A stretch of DNA of 64,000 nt from Octopus sinensis (GCF_006345805.1 NC_043010.1:67084001-67148000), one strand, 5' to 3'; shown: positions 49,790 to 61,544, counted from the first letter of the stretch. Numbers and translations are program-made. Notes: generated from the letters alone by a model not told the origin.

Positions 49790-50150
49790 ATCCATGGTTT
49801 TAGAGGGCCCAAAACCATTGCAGGTATTTTGTTACGCATGGACATGATCCAAAAATTTCAGTTCTTGAATTTAGACATGTAGTAGGGTCCAGATGAGCAA
49901 TCTTTCCATATTACAAAGACCGCACTTGCCAATACCTTTGGTGTAAGGTTTACACTTGGCTAAGATCTTCCAGTAAATCTTTTAGCTGACATCTTGTTCT
50001 TTTAAGAACCTTATATAACTGGATAATTTGGTAGTTTTTCGTTTATCCCAATGTCTGAAGCTTAAGGTGTGATTATTGAACCTTGCTTTGAAATTTCCCT
50101 CTGTGAGACCCTCATATCTCTTTGAGGAAACTGTGTTATTAGCATATACA
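49790..50150 (-). pseudogene. Penelope-like element GIY-YIG endonuclease C-terminal fragment
   Basis: RYEGLTEGNFKARFNNHTLSFRH...TKLSSYIRFLKE...IYWKILAKCKPY...CGLCNMERL...CLNSRTEIFGSC. Confidence 0.8.
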
Positions 50151-50397
50151 TGTTTATATATATATCTGTCTATCTACCTATCTGTCTGTCTATCTGCCTA
50201 TCTACCTATCTGCCTATCTACCTATCTACCTATCTACCTATCTGTCTATCTACCTATCTGTCTATCTACCTATCTATCTATCTATATATATCTGTTGTTC
50301 TGTCTATCTTTTGTTTCTCTCTCACATACACATTCCTCTTTTTCTCTCTTATTCTCCTCTTTCACCCTCTCGTCTTTCACATTCTCCCCTTTTATTT

Positions 50398-50428
<31 letters not shown>

Positions 50429-50547
50429 CATTTTGTCTTTCTCTGTCTTTCTCCTACACAGCCTCTTCTCTCTCTCCCCTACACAGTCTCTTTGTCTCTC
50501 CTTCTCACATATTTTTCTTTCTCTCTTCTCACTTAGACATTCTACTC

Positions 50548-50579
<32 letters not shown>

Positions 50580-50950
50580 TACAGACTCCTCGTATCTCTC
50601 TCATTCTCTTCTTCACCTCTCTCTCTCTCACTCCTATGTACATTCTCTTTCTCCCTCTCACATCTTTCACTGTCTTCTCACAGACATTTTCTTCTCTCTC
50701 CCTCACACCTCCCCCTCCTCTCTCTCACACTGTCTCTCCTTTATTCTCTCTCTCGTTCACACACTGCCTTCAGTCTCTCTTTCTCACACACACACACATA
50801 CACACACTCCTCAATCTCTCTCTGTGACACACACTCTCCATTAGTTTCTCTCTCTCTCTCTCTCTCCCTCTCACACAACCAACTCTCCCTCAGTCTCTTT
50901 CACACATGCACTTACTTGCTCTCTCCCTCCCTCTCCTATTCATACATTCA

Positions 50951-50985
<35 letters not shown>

Positions 50986-51460
50986 AACTCTATCAGTTTC
51001 TCTCTCTCTCACGCACACACACACACTCCATTAGCCTCCCTCTCTCTCTCCTATTCACATATTCATCTTTCTTTCTCACATACACACACAAACTCTCCAT
51101 CAGTTTCTCTCTCTCACACACTCCTTTAGCCTCTCTCTCTCTCACACACACACTCAATTAGCCTCTCTCACACACACACACACACTCAATTAGCCTCTCT
51201 CACACACACACACACAATCCTTTAGCTTCTCTCTCTCTCTCTCTCACACACACACATTCATCTCCCTCTCTTTCTCTCACAAACTTTCCATCAGTTTCTC
51301 TCTCTTCCTCTCTTTCACTCCTTTAATCTCTCTCTCTCTCTTTCACTCCTTTAATCTCTCTCTCTCTTCCTCTCTTTCACTCCTTTAATCTCTCTCTCTC
51401 TCTCCTTTAGTCTCTCCCCCCCTCCACACAATCTTCTTCTTCTTCAGTCTCTCTTTATCC
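50150..51460. repeat. (CTAT)n/(CT)n/(CA)n compound low-complexity block
   Basis: Direct reading. The 361-aa ORF here is an artefact. Confidence 0.9.
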
Positions 51461-51944
51461 TTCATCACATCTCTCCATCATCAACCAATGGACTCTAACA
51501 CTAACACTAATCAGATATTTAGAGAAATTCAAGCTTTAATGGTTCAAATCTCACCCTCCCCCCCCACCCTGCTCCTCCCACCTCATCTTCATACTTCATT
51601 CATGATTATCACCAAATATGGAAGTTGATGAAGCCAAGGTGCCACGCCCACCATCTCAGGCATCCATACCACTGCCTCCTCTGTGTATGCGTGTATATAT
51701 ACATGCCTGTACATGTGTGTGTGTGTGTATGTGTGTGTGCTAGTGTGTGTGTGTGTACATATATGCCTCTCTGTGTGTGTATGTGTGTGTGTGTAGGCGT
51801 GCTGCAGCCTCCCCCACCACAACACTTTCTGTGCTACTACTACTACTACTACATCTATAGTAAGTCAATAGTGGGATGGCTTCTTCTGAATATTAAATGT
51901 AACTGAAGGGTGAGGGGGGGGAGCGAATGGAAAGTAGGTAGAGA

Positions 51945-52700
51945 GGATATGTATGAGGTGGGGAGAGAGAGAGAGAGAGAGAGAAACAGACAGACCGAGA
52001 TAGTTAGACAGAGAGAGGGGGGAAGAGAGAAAATGAGGAGTAGTTTGAGAGGTTGTGTATGAGGTAGACAGAGTGACAGAGAGAGAGAGAGAAACAGACA
52101 GACCGAGACAGTTCAGCAGAGAGAAAGAAGAGAGAGAGAGAGAGAATGAGGTGTAGAGAGGTTATGTATGAGGTGGGGAGAGTGACAGAGAGAGAGAGAG
52201 AAAAAACAGATAGACCGAGACAGTTAGGCAGAGAGAAAGGAGAGGAGGAAGAGAGAGAAGAGAGGTGGGGAGAGTGACAGAGAGAGAGAGAGAGAAACAG
52301 ATAGACTGAGACAGTTAGGCAGAGAGAAAGGAGAGGAGGAAGAGAGAGAGAGAAGAGAGGTAGAGAGAGAAAGAAGGGGAGAGAGAGAGAATGAGTAGTT
52401 AGAGACGTTATGTATGAGGTGGGGAGAGAGAGAGAGAAACAGACAGACCAAGACAGTTAGGCAGAGAGAAAGAAGAAGGGGAAGAGAAAGAGAATGAGGA
52501 GTAGTTAGAGGGGTTATGTATGAGGTGGGGAGGGAGAGAGAGAAATAGACAGACAGAGACAGTTAGGCAGAGAGAAAGGAGAGAAGGGGAAGAGAGAGAA
52601 AGAGAATGAGGAGTAGTTAGAGGGGTTATGTATGAGGTGGGGAGAGAGAGAAACAAGACAGTGTGAGACAGATAGGCAGAAAGAGAGAGAAGAAGAAGAA
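51945..52700. repeat. GA-rich minisatellite with roughly 90-120 bp units
   Basis: Recurring GTATGAGGTGGGGAGAG...GAAACAGA(C/T)AGACCGAGACAGTTAG. Confidence 0.8.
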
Positions 52701-52987
52701 AAAGAAGAGAAGGAAAGGAGGTAGAGAGAGATGACATGAAAATGGGAGATAGATTGAGAAATGGATAAACTGAGATATAGAGGGAGAGAAAGAAAGGGTA
52801 GATAACAGAAACCTCTGTGTTAAGGGGGGGGGAGTGGAGGAGTGACAGAAAGGAACAATGATAATAAATGAAAAAAATGGGGGGGGGAGAAAAACAAGGA
52901 AGGAAAGAAAGAAATAAAAGCAATAAAAAGAAGGAAGAGAAAAATAGGGCCGGGGATATAAAGAGAGGGGGAAAAGTGTGTATGTGC

Positions 52988-53026
<39 letters not shown>

Positions 53027-53307
53027 ATATGTGTTTGAGTGTGTGTGTATGTATATAAACATGGAGATAGAGAAAAAAAGGGAGATGGTGAGAGTTTTTC
53101 TATGAATATATGTGTGTGTATACATGCACATATCTATATACATGTATATATATGCCTATATGTGTGTGTGTATATATATATACACACATACATATATATA
53201 TACACACACACACACATATATACACACACATATATATACACACACACACATATATATATACATATATATATATACACGCACACACATATATATATATATA
53301 CATATAT

Positions 53308-53399
53308 CTGATGCAGCCTTCTGGCTTGCCAGTCCTCAGTCAAACCATCCAACCCATGCCAGCATGGAAAGCAGAACATTAAACAACGATGATGATGAT
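53308..53399 (+). mobile_element. SINE family C, 3' end
   Basis: CCAACCCATGCCAGCATGGAAAGCAGAACATTAAAC..(GAT)n. Confidence 0.65.
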
Positions 53400-54289
53400 A
53401 TATGGATAATGTGTGTATTTGTGTATATATTTATGTATATTTATTTCAAGTGTGTGTGTGTGTAAGTACACATGTACATTAACAGAAAAGTGAATGTGAG
53501 CGATAAATTCATAAAGAAAAATATATGAAAGAAATGGATTATAATTTGAATCACTCATTCACAACAAGGAAAGATTTACACTGAATGAATGAATAAATGT
53601 CCCAACTGAATGAGTGAGTATTGGAGTGAAAGAAATAGTTAAGTAGATGTATGTGTATGTGTGCATGTGTATGTGTTAGCCTACAACTGTATTTCCACAC
53701 ATCTCTTAGAACAATTTGGGGGAAAGGAATACAAGGTCGGTAAGAAAAGATGTAGTTTATCTAAAGAAGAAGATCAACAACAATGAAAGAATCAGAGCTT
53801 TGCAATTGATTTAATGGTAAATGCTGAACTGTAGTAGCTTGGGAGAGAGATAGCGGATATAGAACAGTGTTGTGGTTGGTGTGATTATGGTTGTTGTGCT
53901 TGTAGTTGTTACTTTTGGTTGTTCTTGTTGATCTTTTTTGCTGTGGTGGCTGCTGCTGTTGTTCTCGCTGTTGCTACTGATATTGTCTTTAGCATCCGGT
54001 TAATCTTGATTGAGCAAACAAGTCATCAAAGGCATTCCAGCCATAGCAATCTCATTAAATTCCATAGATATATCTAGAATTATATTGTTTAAAGCGTTCT
54101 TTATTTCTTTGACAGAGTTTGGCTGCTATTTTTAGCAGATTGGGTCACTACATACAGCATCCTTGTCCAGAGATTGTTATTGATGTGATAGAAATTACAT
54201 ATATATACATGTTTGTGTGTATGTATGTATGTGTATATATAAATATATCTGCACTGCAAAATTTTTGCCAAAACAAGACATCATTATGG

Positions 54290-54952
54290 CCAATTGTGAC
54301 TATAAACAGGTGTAAGGCTATCTTCAATGTTGACCTACCTGTGACAACGGATGAAAACCTCTCATCACCGTAGCCATTCATGTGACCATCAACAGGTGTA
54401 AATCTATCATCGCTGCAGACATTGATATGATAATCAACAGGTGTAAATCTATCATCACTCTAGTCATTGATGTGACCATCATTAGGTGTTAATCTATCGT
54501 TACTGTAGACATTGATGTGGCAATCAACAGGTGTAAATTTTACCTGTAGCAATCAACCTATCATCAACCATGTAGACATATCTATGACCATCAGTAGGTG
54601 TAAATCTATCATCATTGTAGAGATATGTGTAACCATAAACAGGTGTAAATTTATGATCATTGAAGACATACCTGTGGTCATCAATAGGTGTTAATCTATC
54701 ATCACTTAAGACATAGCTCTGACCAGCAACATGTGAAAATCTAGCATCACTGTAGACTTACCTGTGATAATCAACAGGTGAAAAATCAACAGTGCAGATA
54801 TACCTGTGACTAGCATCATGGCAGACATTGAAGTGACCATCAACAGGTATAAATCTATTATTGCCATAGACATTAACAGGTGTTAACCTATAATCGTAGT
54901 ATAAAACTGTTGCGATTATCAACAGGTGTAAAATCTGTCATCTTGGTAGACA
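54290..54952. repeat. Degenerate 45-bp minisatellite GTGACCATCAACAGGTGTAAATCTATCATCACTGTAGACATTGAT
   Basis: About 14 diverged units, marked by CAACAGGTGTAAAT. Confidence 0.85.
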
Positions 54953-54953
54953 T

Positions 54954-55352
54954 AGGCACAGGTGTGGCTGTGTAGTAAGAAGCTTGCTTCCCAACCACAT
55001 GGTTCTGGTTTCAATCCCACTGCATGGCACTTTGGGCAAGTGTCTTCTACAATAGCCTCGGGCCGACCGATGACTTGTGAGTGGATTTAGTAGATGGAAA
55101 CTGAAAGAAGCCCATCATATATTTATATATATGTGTATGTATCTGTGTATGAGTGTCTGTCCCCACAAAACTACTTGATAACCGGTGTTGGTGTGTTTAC
55201 ATCCCCGTAACTTAGCAGTTCAGCAAATAAGACTGATAGAACAAGTACTAGGCTAAAAAAACAATAAGTCCTGGGGTCAATTTGTTTAACTAAAACTCTT
55301 CAAGGTGGTGCTACAGCATGGCCACATTCAGATGACTGAAACAAATAAACAA
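54954..55352 (+). mobile_element. SINE family A inserted in the 45-bp array
   Basis: Head to tail match. Confidence 0.85.
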
Positions 55353-55861
55353 ACACCTATGGCTGCAATACCTGTAAATTTACCATCACAGCAGGTATTA
55401 ATGTTGCAATTACACCTTTCTACCCTTGTGTAACCCTTAAAATAACTGCACAAAAAAAATTACAGACCATATCTTTCTCACATTTTTTAAATTATAGTTC
55501 ACATGGTAAATATATATTTTATGTATATATACAGGGTGGCTCAAAGTAGGCACAGGTGTGGCTGGGTTCAATCCCACTGCATGGCACTTTGGGCAAGTAT
55601 CTTCTACAATAGCCTCGGGGTGACCAATGCCTTGTGAGTGGATTTAGTAGATTTAGTATTCCACTATCTCTTTCACATTCATATATTAACAGTTTAGATC
55701 TTAATTATAAAATAGTATGAAACCATTATTCTATGCTAATTTAGTTAATTGTAAGGTAGAAATTTAAATGTAACAAAATCTTTTAAAAGAAATTTAATGT
55801 GCCTACGTGATAACTGTAAACCTACTTTTGGGCCACTCTGCATCGCTAGCCACTACACATA

Positions 55862-55985
55862 CTTTATTTTCTCTGTGGAAGAGCATAGGCTCGAAATGTC
55901 AAAGACTTTTTCACTTCCCGAGCGTTATACTAATACACCTATTTGTTGTCTACCCCACTTGTCTTTGTCTTTTGTGATTTCTCCC
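55862..55985 (+). mobile_element. Penelope-like terminal fragment with hammerhead-like motif
   Basis: CTGTGGA-A-GAGC-ATAG-GCTC-GAAAT-GTC-AAAGA; homologous to 1722-1845. Confidence 0.5.
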
Positions 55986-56002
55986 TATATATATATAATA
56001 TA

Positions 56003-56257
56003 CGTCTGATTGTTGACTTGACCAGCTCCAACTGCAGTCACCAGGTGAAACAGGAGCTGACCTCCAGCTCCTCCGTTGTGTGCCATCAAGTTGACCTGTC
56101 CAAGAATCAATTGCAAGAGGAAATCAATAAAATCCAGAAGGACATTGACCAGTTAAAGGACGTCACTTCCAAGTCAAAGACACTCAGAAACAAAGCTGAT
56201 TGGTTAGACAGTGAATTGAAGTCCTTCGCCAGCCAATACCTCCAGCATGAGGTTTGA
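56003..56257 (+). other. Orphan coding-like segment encoding a predicted coiled coil; origin unknown
   Basis: An 84-codon open frame that is more GC-rich than its flanks: ...QLQEEINKIQKDIDQLKDVTSKSKTLRNKADWLDSELKSFASQYLQHEV*, with 3-4 hydrophobic spacing. No clear start codon. Confidence 0.35.
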
Positions 56258-56559
56258 ACCAGGGTCCAGTTTAGTTTTACGTATGGATGCAGCTGCTTCT
56301 GTCCACTATGATAGACACAGTGACTGAGTGAAGCAGAACTCTGCTTGTTTGGCAACGAACCGAGCTGTCAGTTGGAAAAGAACTGTAAAAGCGGGGACAG
56401 TTTCATAAAGTCTAATCTGATTAAAAATATAAATAAATAAAGGCGGTGCTCCAGCATGGCCGCAGTCAAATGACTGAAACAAGTAAAAGAGTAAAAGAGT
56501 ATACCCCCAATAGTTGTTATATTTTTTTGATAACATAATAGGTTAAATAGGATGATGTT

Positions 56560-56708
56560 TATATTACAATAACCAATAATATGTTGTGCATGTCTAGTAA
56601 TATTATGATCACGAAATTAGCATTAGCTTATCTCACTCTTTCTCAGGGAACCCCTAAGAAACTTTTACGGAACCGTAGGGTTCCGAGGCTCCCTGGTTGA
56701 GACATGCT
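56560..56708 (+). mobile_element. hAT (Charlie-like) terminal fragment
   Basis: GGAACCGTAGGGTTCCGAGGCTCCCTGGTTGAGACATGCTG followed by CTCTAGAC, which fits the NTCTAGAN target preference. Confidence 0.5.
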
Positions 56709-56930
56709 GCTCTAGACATTGATACAGCCATCAACAGGTATAAAACTATCATCACGATAGACATGCATGTAATTAGCAGCAGGTGTAAATCTATCATCAC
56801 TGTAGACATTGATGTGAACATCAACAGGTGTAAATGTTTCATCATTGTAGACATACTAGTGGCTGGTAACAGGTACAAACTCATAATCACTGTATATGAA
56901 TACTGCAGCCAGAACAGGTGCAATAAAACT
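56709..56930. repeat. Second array of the 45-bp minisatellite
   Basis: About five units, for example AGGTGTAAATCTATCATCACTGTAGACATTGATGTGAACATCAACAGGTGTAAAT. Confidence 0.85.
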
Positions 56931-57039
56931 GTTATATGTATGTGTGTGTATATATCCTATATCCTAGAAAAAATTATTAAATAGTGCAGTAAGGTAGTAT
57001 TGCTTCCCAGTAAAGTAAAGCACCATCAGGTTAGAGTAT

Positions 57040-57475
57040 AAATAAGATAGTGGTACAACAATGTACTAATAATATAAGAGATATTAGCCAACTGAATATG
57101 GCTAGGGACAGGGCAGGGTGGTGGGGGTGTCACTGTTGCATTTAGCCCCCACCCCCACCACCCTGCCCTGTCCCTAGCCATATTCAGTTGGCTAATATCC
57201 CTTATATTATGGAGCAGTCACTGTCTATATCTCATTTAGAGAATTATTATTAATGTACTAATATTTACTGGAAATAGCAGTCAATAAATATCTGGGTTGT
57301 ACATTTATTTAATGCTCTTCCTACAGGTAAGATGAAATTTTTCTATACTCGCTACCCTATAACATTTTGCCAATATATATATATACATACAGTGAAGCTT
57401 TACTATAGCATCATATATTATTGACTGCTATTTCCAGTAAATATTGGTGCATTGTTGTAATACTATCTTATATCC
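57040..57475. repeat. Palindromic MITE-like element containing an internal 61-bp-arm hairpin
   Basis: Outer arms AATATTTACTGGAAATAGCAGTCAATAA and TTATTGACTGCTATTTCCAGTAAATATT. Inner arms are 57069-57129 and 57150-57210. Confidence 0.7.
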
Positions 57476-57731
57476 TATGTATATATATATATTTCAATGT
57501 AAGAATTACCACTTTGTTTACATTACCATCACATATGTATCAATTATTTTCACATCCAAACTGATGCATCTATCTATACGTGCACTCTGAAGAAATTTAC
57601 TTAAACCAATAAATTGAAACGATCATAAATGCTACCTTCATCTCTGCTTCTTCCTTCTTTGTTACCTATTTAATTAAAGGCTTACCAGCGTAAACCACGA
57701 GGTTCCCATTGTTATTGTATCCATTTTCTTC

Positions 57732-57766
<35 letters not shown>

Positions 57767-57769
<3 letters not shown>

Positions 57770-58415
57770 GTCATCCTATAAATAATGCATGAACTAAAAG
57801 TCAGAGGGGGATGGGATAAACTACCTGCATCAACTTGCTATAAAAGCAGTTAGTAATTTTACCTTGAGCTTATTCTTAGTGCAAGTTTTGAAGAGTGCCA
57901 TTCAATTTTAACAGTTATTTTTTCAAAGCTACAATGGAAGTGACAAAGGAACATATTCAGCATATTTTGCCTTATGAGTTCAATAAAAGCAACAATGCAA
58001 AGGATAATGTGAGGGATATTAATGCAGTAAATGGAGATTGGGCAATAAGTGTAAGCCAGTGTCAACAGTGGTTCCAGAAATTCCGGGCTGGAAACCACAG
58101 CCAAGAAGATGAACCGTGTCCTGGAAGATCTGTAGAGCTCAACAAAGGACGTCCAACAAACCCTGGTGGAACAAAATCCCATCGTAACTATTGATGAACT
58201 AGCAGTAAAGCTTGGATTTGGTTGTTCAACCATTCATTGACACCTGCTTGCAATTGGAAAATGACCATCTTTGGTTTCAAGACAAAAGGTGTTCTTCCAT
58301 CAAGATAATGCTTGGCCACATACAGCCAGGACGACATTCCAAAGGCTGGAGCAGTTTGAATGGGAAACGATGCCCCGCCCACCATATTTGCCAGACATTG
58401 CTCCATCATTTATTC
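57767..58415 (+). mobile_element. Internally deleted mariner, second subfamily
   Basis: TA|TGGGTCATCCTATAAATAATGC TIR-like end; MEVTKEHIQHILPYEFNK...QQWFQKFRAGN from 57934, joined to FHQDNAWPHTA...PPYLPDIAP. Confidence 0.82.
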
Positions 58416-58632
58416 TTAATTTTGAATAATAAAAAAAGTATAAAAAAACAGTATTATTTAGGCAAAAAGAAAAAATAATGAAATCAAACAGTCTTCGTTA
58501 TTTTTTTTCTTTTTGCCTATGTGAGTTACAAATATTGTTGTCTGTGGAGACATATTTGTAGTTAAAAGAATTAGCTGTTTTTTGGCTACTATTTATGAAT
58601 TTTCGGTATGTGAAGCAACTTAATTATATTTA

Positions 58633-58689
<57 letters not shown>

Positions 58690-58765
58690 GTGAGGGCCGT
58701 AATTAGACTCTACATGACACTTTCATAGTGTTACCTGCCATCTTGGGTCTTCTGGATACCATTAC

Positions 58766-58813
<48 letters not shown>

Positions 58814-59057
58814 AGCATCTCGCCATCATTTTTGCCTGAACTGTGTGGTCTCTCAGCCTTCAAGAAATAACAGCTAAACTGCATCCAAACCACTTTCTCC
58901 CCTTTTATTTAATGTTAGTAAATACTGATAATCATCCTCCTAGATACAAAGGTGTTGATTTCTGTAATTGACCAATGAGAATTCAGTTGTTTAAGCAGTT
59001 TGCTCCTGAATTTCCATGTAAATGAGTGAATGTATCCACCCCATATGTATTTTTTTT

Positions 59058-59372
59058 ATCTTTTGTTTCAGTCATTAGACTACTTGCCATGCTGGAGCAC
59101 CACTTTGAAGAATTTTAGGCACAGGAATCAACCCCAGTACTTAATCTTTTAAGCCTGACACTAATTCTGTTTCACTCTTTTGCTGAACTGCTAAGTTAGA
59201 GATATAAACACACCAACACCAGTTGTCAAGTGGTGGAAGGGCACAAACACACACAATGAGCTCCTTTCAGTTTGTGTCCACCAAATCTACTCAAAAGGCT
59301 TCAGTCAGCCTAATGCCCAGGGTGTCACACACTGGAACTGAACTCAGACAAATGTGGTTGGGAAGCACTCTT
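59058..59372 (-). mobile_element. Degraded SINE family A copy
   Basis: TTGTTTCAGTCATT...GCCATGCTGGAGCACC...GAACTGAAC. Confidence 0.65.
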
Positions 59373-59618
59373 AATGTAATTTTCAGAAAGAATCAGTAAG
59401 AAATTGTGGCAACGCTGGACCAGCAATGAAGTAGGCAATCCAAGTGATACTCTCTGTCTTACAGAAAACAAATCACACACTTTAACACTTTGTTTCAGTC
59501 TTTCAGAAGGTGATTGGTATCAGAGGTAGTGTGAAGTATGAATTATTATTTTGAGAGAGTGTGATATGTGGTACGAGGAAGAGCTGGCAAAGTTTTGGTT
59601 ACATATATAGATATATTT

Positions 59619-59916
59619 GGAGGCGCAATGGCCCAGTGGTTAGGACAGCGGACTCGCAGTTGTAGGATCGCGGGTTCGATTCCCAGACCGGGCATTGTGA
59701 GTGTTTATTGAGCAAAAACACCTAAAGCTCCACGAGGCTCTGGCAGGAGGTGGTGGCGATCTCTGCTGTACTCTTTCACCACAACTTTCTCTCACTCTTC
59801 TGTCGGCCTGCTCGCTTAGCCAGTGGGGTGGCGTCATTTGAAGGCTAAAACAATGCGAAGTGCATTGTGACCAGCGATGTGTAGCAACATCTGATAGCCT
59901 GGTCGGTCACAGTGAT
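59619..59916 (+). mobile_element. tRNA-derived SINE, family D type
   Basis: A-box TGGCCCAGTGG and B-box GGTTCGATTCC followed by a non-tRNA body; not a tRNA gene. Confidence 0.8.
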
Positions 59917-60134
59917 ATATTTACATATGCTCCATAATAACATATATGTATTGTAAGATGCATCAACTGATGCAGTACTTGAACACATCATCAGTGTAAT
60001 ATCATGGGGGGTCACTGGATTTTTGCTGGGGCTTACAACATGCACCCTCATCCACGTGGCCCAACCTGGGTTTCAATCATCAGACTACATCCATACAGGG
60101 GTACTTGCCTTGAAGAGGTTTACTTGAATGGTCT

Positions 60135-60456
60135 CCAGTACTTTTTTTTTTCTTTTATATAATCTAGTGTTTCTTTTTTTGGTCTCTTATACTTAACCAC
60201 TACGTTATGGAGGAGATAAACAAACCAATTAGCAAGCAATGATGAGGGACAAACACAGACACACACACATATATATATATACACACACACACACACAATG
60301 GGCTTCTTTCAGTTTCCATTTAACAAATCCACTCACAGGGATTTGGTCAGCCTGAAGCTATAATAGAAGACATTTGCCCAAGGTGCCATGCAATAGGACT
60401 GAACCTGAAACAGTGTGGTTGGGAAGCAAACTCCTTACCACACAGCCATGCCTGCA
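60135..60456 (-). mobile_element. Degraded SINE family A copy
   Basis: GGGCTTCTTTCAGTTTCC...GCCCAAGGTGCC...CCACACAGCCATGCCTGC. Confidence 0.7.
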
Positions 60457-60559
60457 TGTATGTGGATGTGTTCATATTTCCACATCTATACTTGTTCATT
60501 CACTGATTGTAAACCGAGAGAGAGGGGAGGGGGATGTGGCCAAGCAGCATTCTACTGTC

Positions 60560-60830
60560 CTTCTCATCAATCACCACTTTTCAACCAAACCCATCTAAAT
60601 GTTTCCATAGAAGCCTTAACACTGTTCTTGATGGCTCCATTTCAGCTCATTCCAATAATGACCACGGTTCCATAGATCTTACAGTATGACTTGTGAATCC
60701 TTGACCGTAAAATTCCACTGGCAAACATAAGCTCATAAGAGTTCCCTCTTTGCTCATATCTCTCCCACAGGAGTTGATTTACAAAGATCCAAGAACATTA
60801 ATGGCATATATCTCACTGGTGCATGTGCAA
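60560..60830 (-). pseudogene. HERO-like RLE-type LINE C-terminal fragment
   Basis: Frame-corrected CLPVEFYGQGFTSHTVRS and AIKNSVKASMETFRWVWLKSGD resemble the HERO motifs CLPVEVGCRGF and AIK...ASRWLWLKR. Confidence 0.5.
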
Positions 60831-60844
60831 TACATATTATTATT

Positions 60845-61010
60845 ATTAAGGTGGCAGAATTGTTAGCATGCTGGGTGAAATGCCTACCAGTATTTTGCCA
60901 GTCTTCACGTTCTGAGTTCAAGTTCTGCCAAGATCAACTTTGCCTTTCATCCTTTTGGGGTCAATAAAATATGTACCAGTTGTGTACTGGGGTGGATGTA
61001 ATAAACTTAA
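60845..61010 (+). mobile_element. SINE family B
   Basis: GGTGGCAGAATTGTTAGCATG...GTTCTGAGTTCAAG...CTTTGCCTTTCATCCTTTTGGGGTCAATAAA. Confidence 0.78.
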
Positions 61011-61128
61011 TAATCAGCTCATGTGTCACTCTGTAACTTCAGCCAATTAATAAAATAAATAAATATATATATACACACACTCATATTAAGTTCTAATTCC
61101 TGTTTGTACCACCAAACCTATGTAATAC

Positions 61129-61168
<40 letters not shown>

Positions 61169-61323
61169 CTTTTTCTATTCTAGGAATTACTGGTACTTAT
61201 GTAATACACAGTCCTTACATGTGTATATATATATTCTCATAATTGTTTAAAATACATAAATATACATAATATAATGTCTAACAGTTGCTGTATTCTATTT
61301 CTGTATCGCCTCCATTTTCTTCT

Positions 61324-61363
<40 letters not shown>

Positions 61364-61477
61364 CAATTAAGGACAACCACTTAATAAGGAAAACTTAACA
61401 AGAAATTGTCAGGTAGATAGCGTAAAAACCTCATAAGAGAAAAAATTTCGAAAATAATTATTTCTTATTGAACATAT

Positions 61478-61544
61478 TAATTTATATATAGAGGGCATTA
61501 TACATAGAGGGCATGTATGTATAATGCCCTCTATATATAAATTA
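61478..61544. repeat. Perfect 29-bp inverted repeat with 9-nt spacer
   Basis: TAATTTATATATAGAGGGCATTATACATA-GAGGGCATG-TATGTATAATGCCCTCTATATATAAATTA. Confidence 0.85.

Noticed and set aside
50076-51161. 361-aa ORF, the longest in the track
   Set aside because: It is an L/S/H/T-rich translation of (CTAT)n, (CT)n and (CA)n repeats.
59619-59695. tRNA gene
   Set aside because: A and B boxes are present, but there is no proper acceptor stem and the sequence continues into a SINE body.
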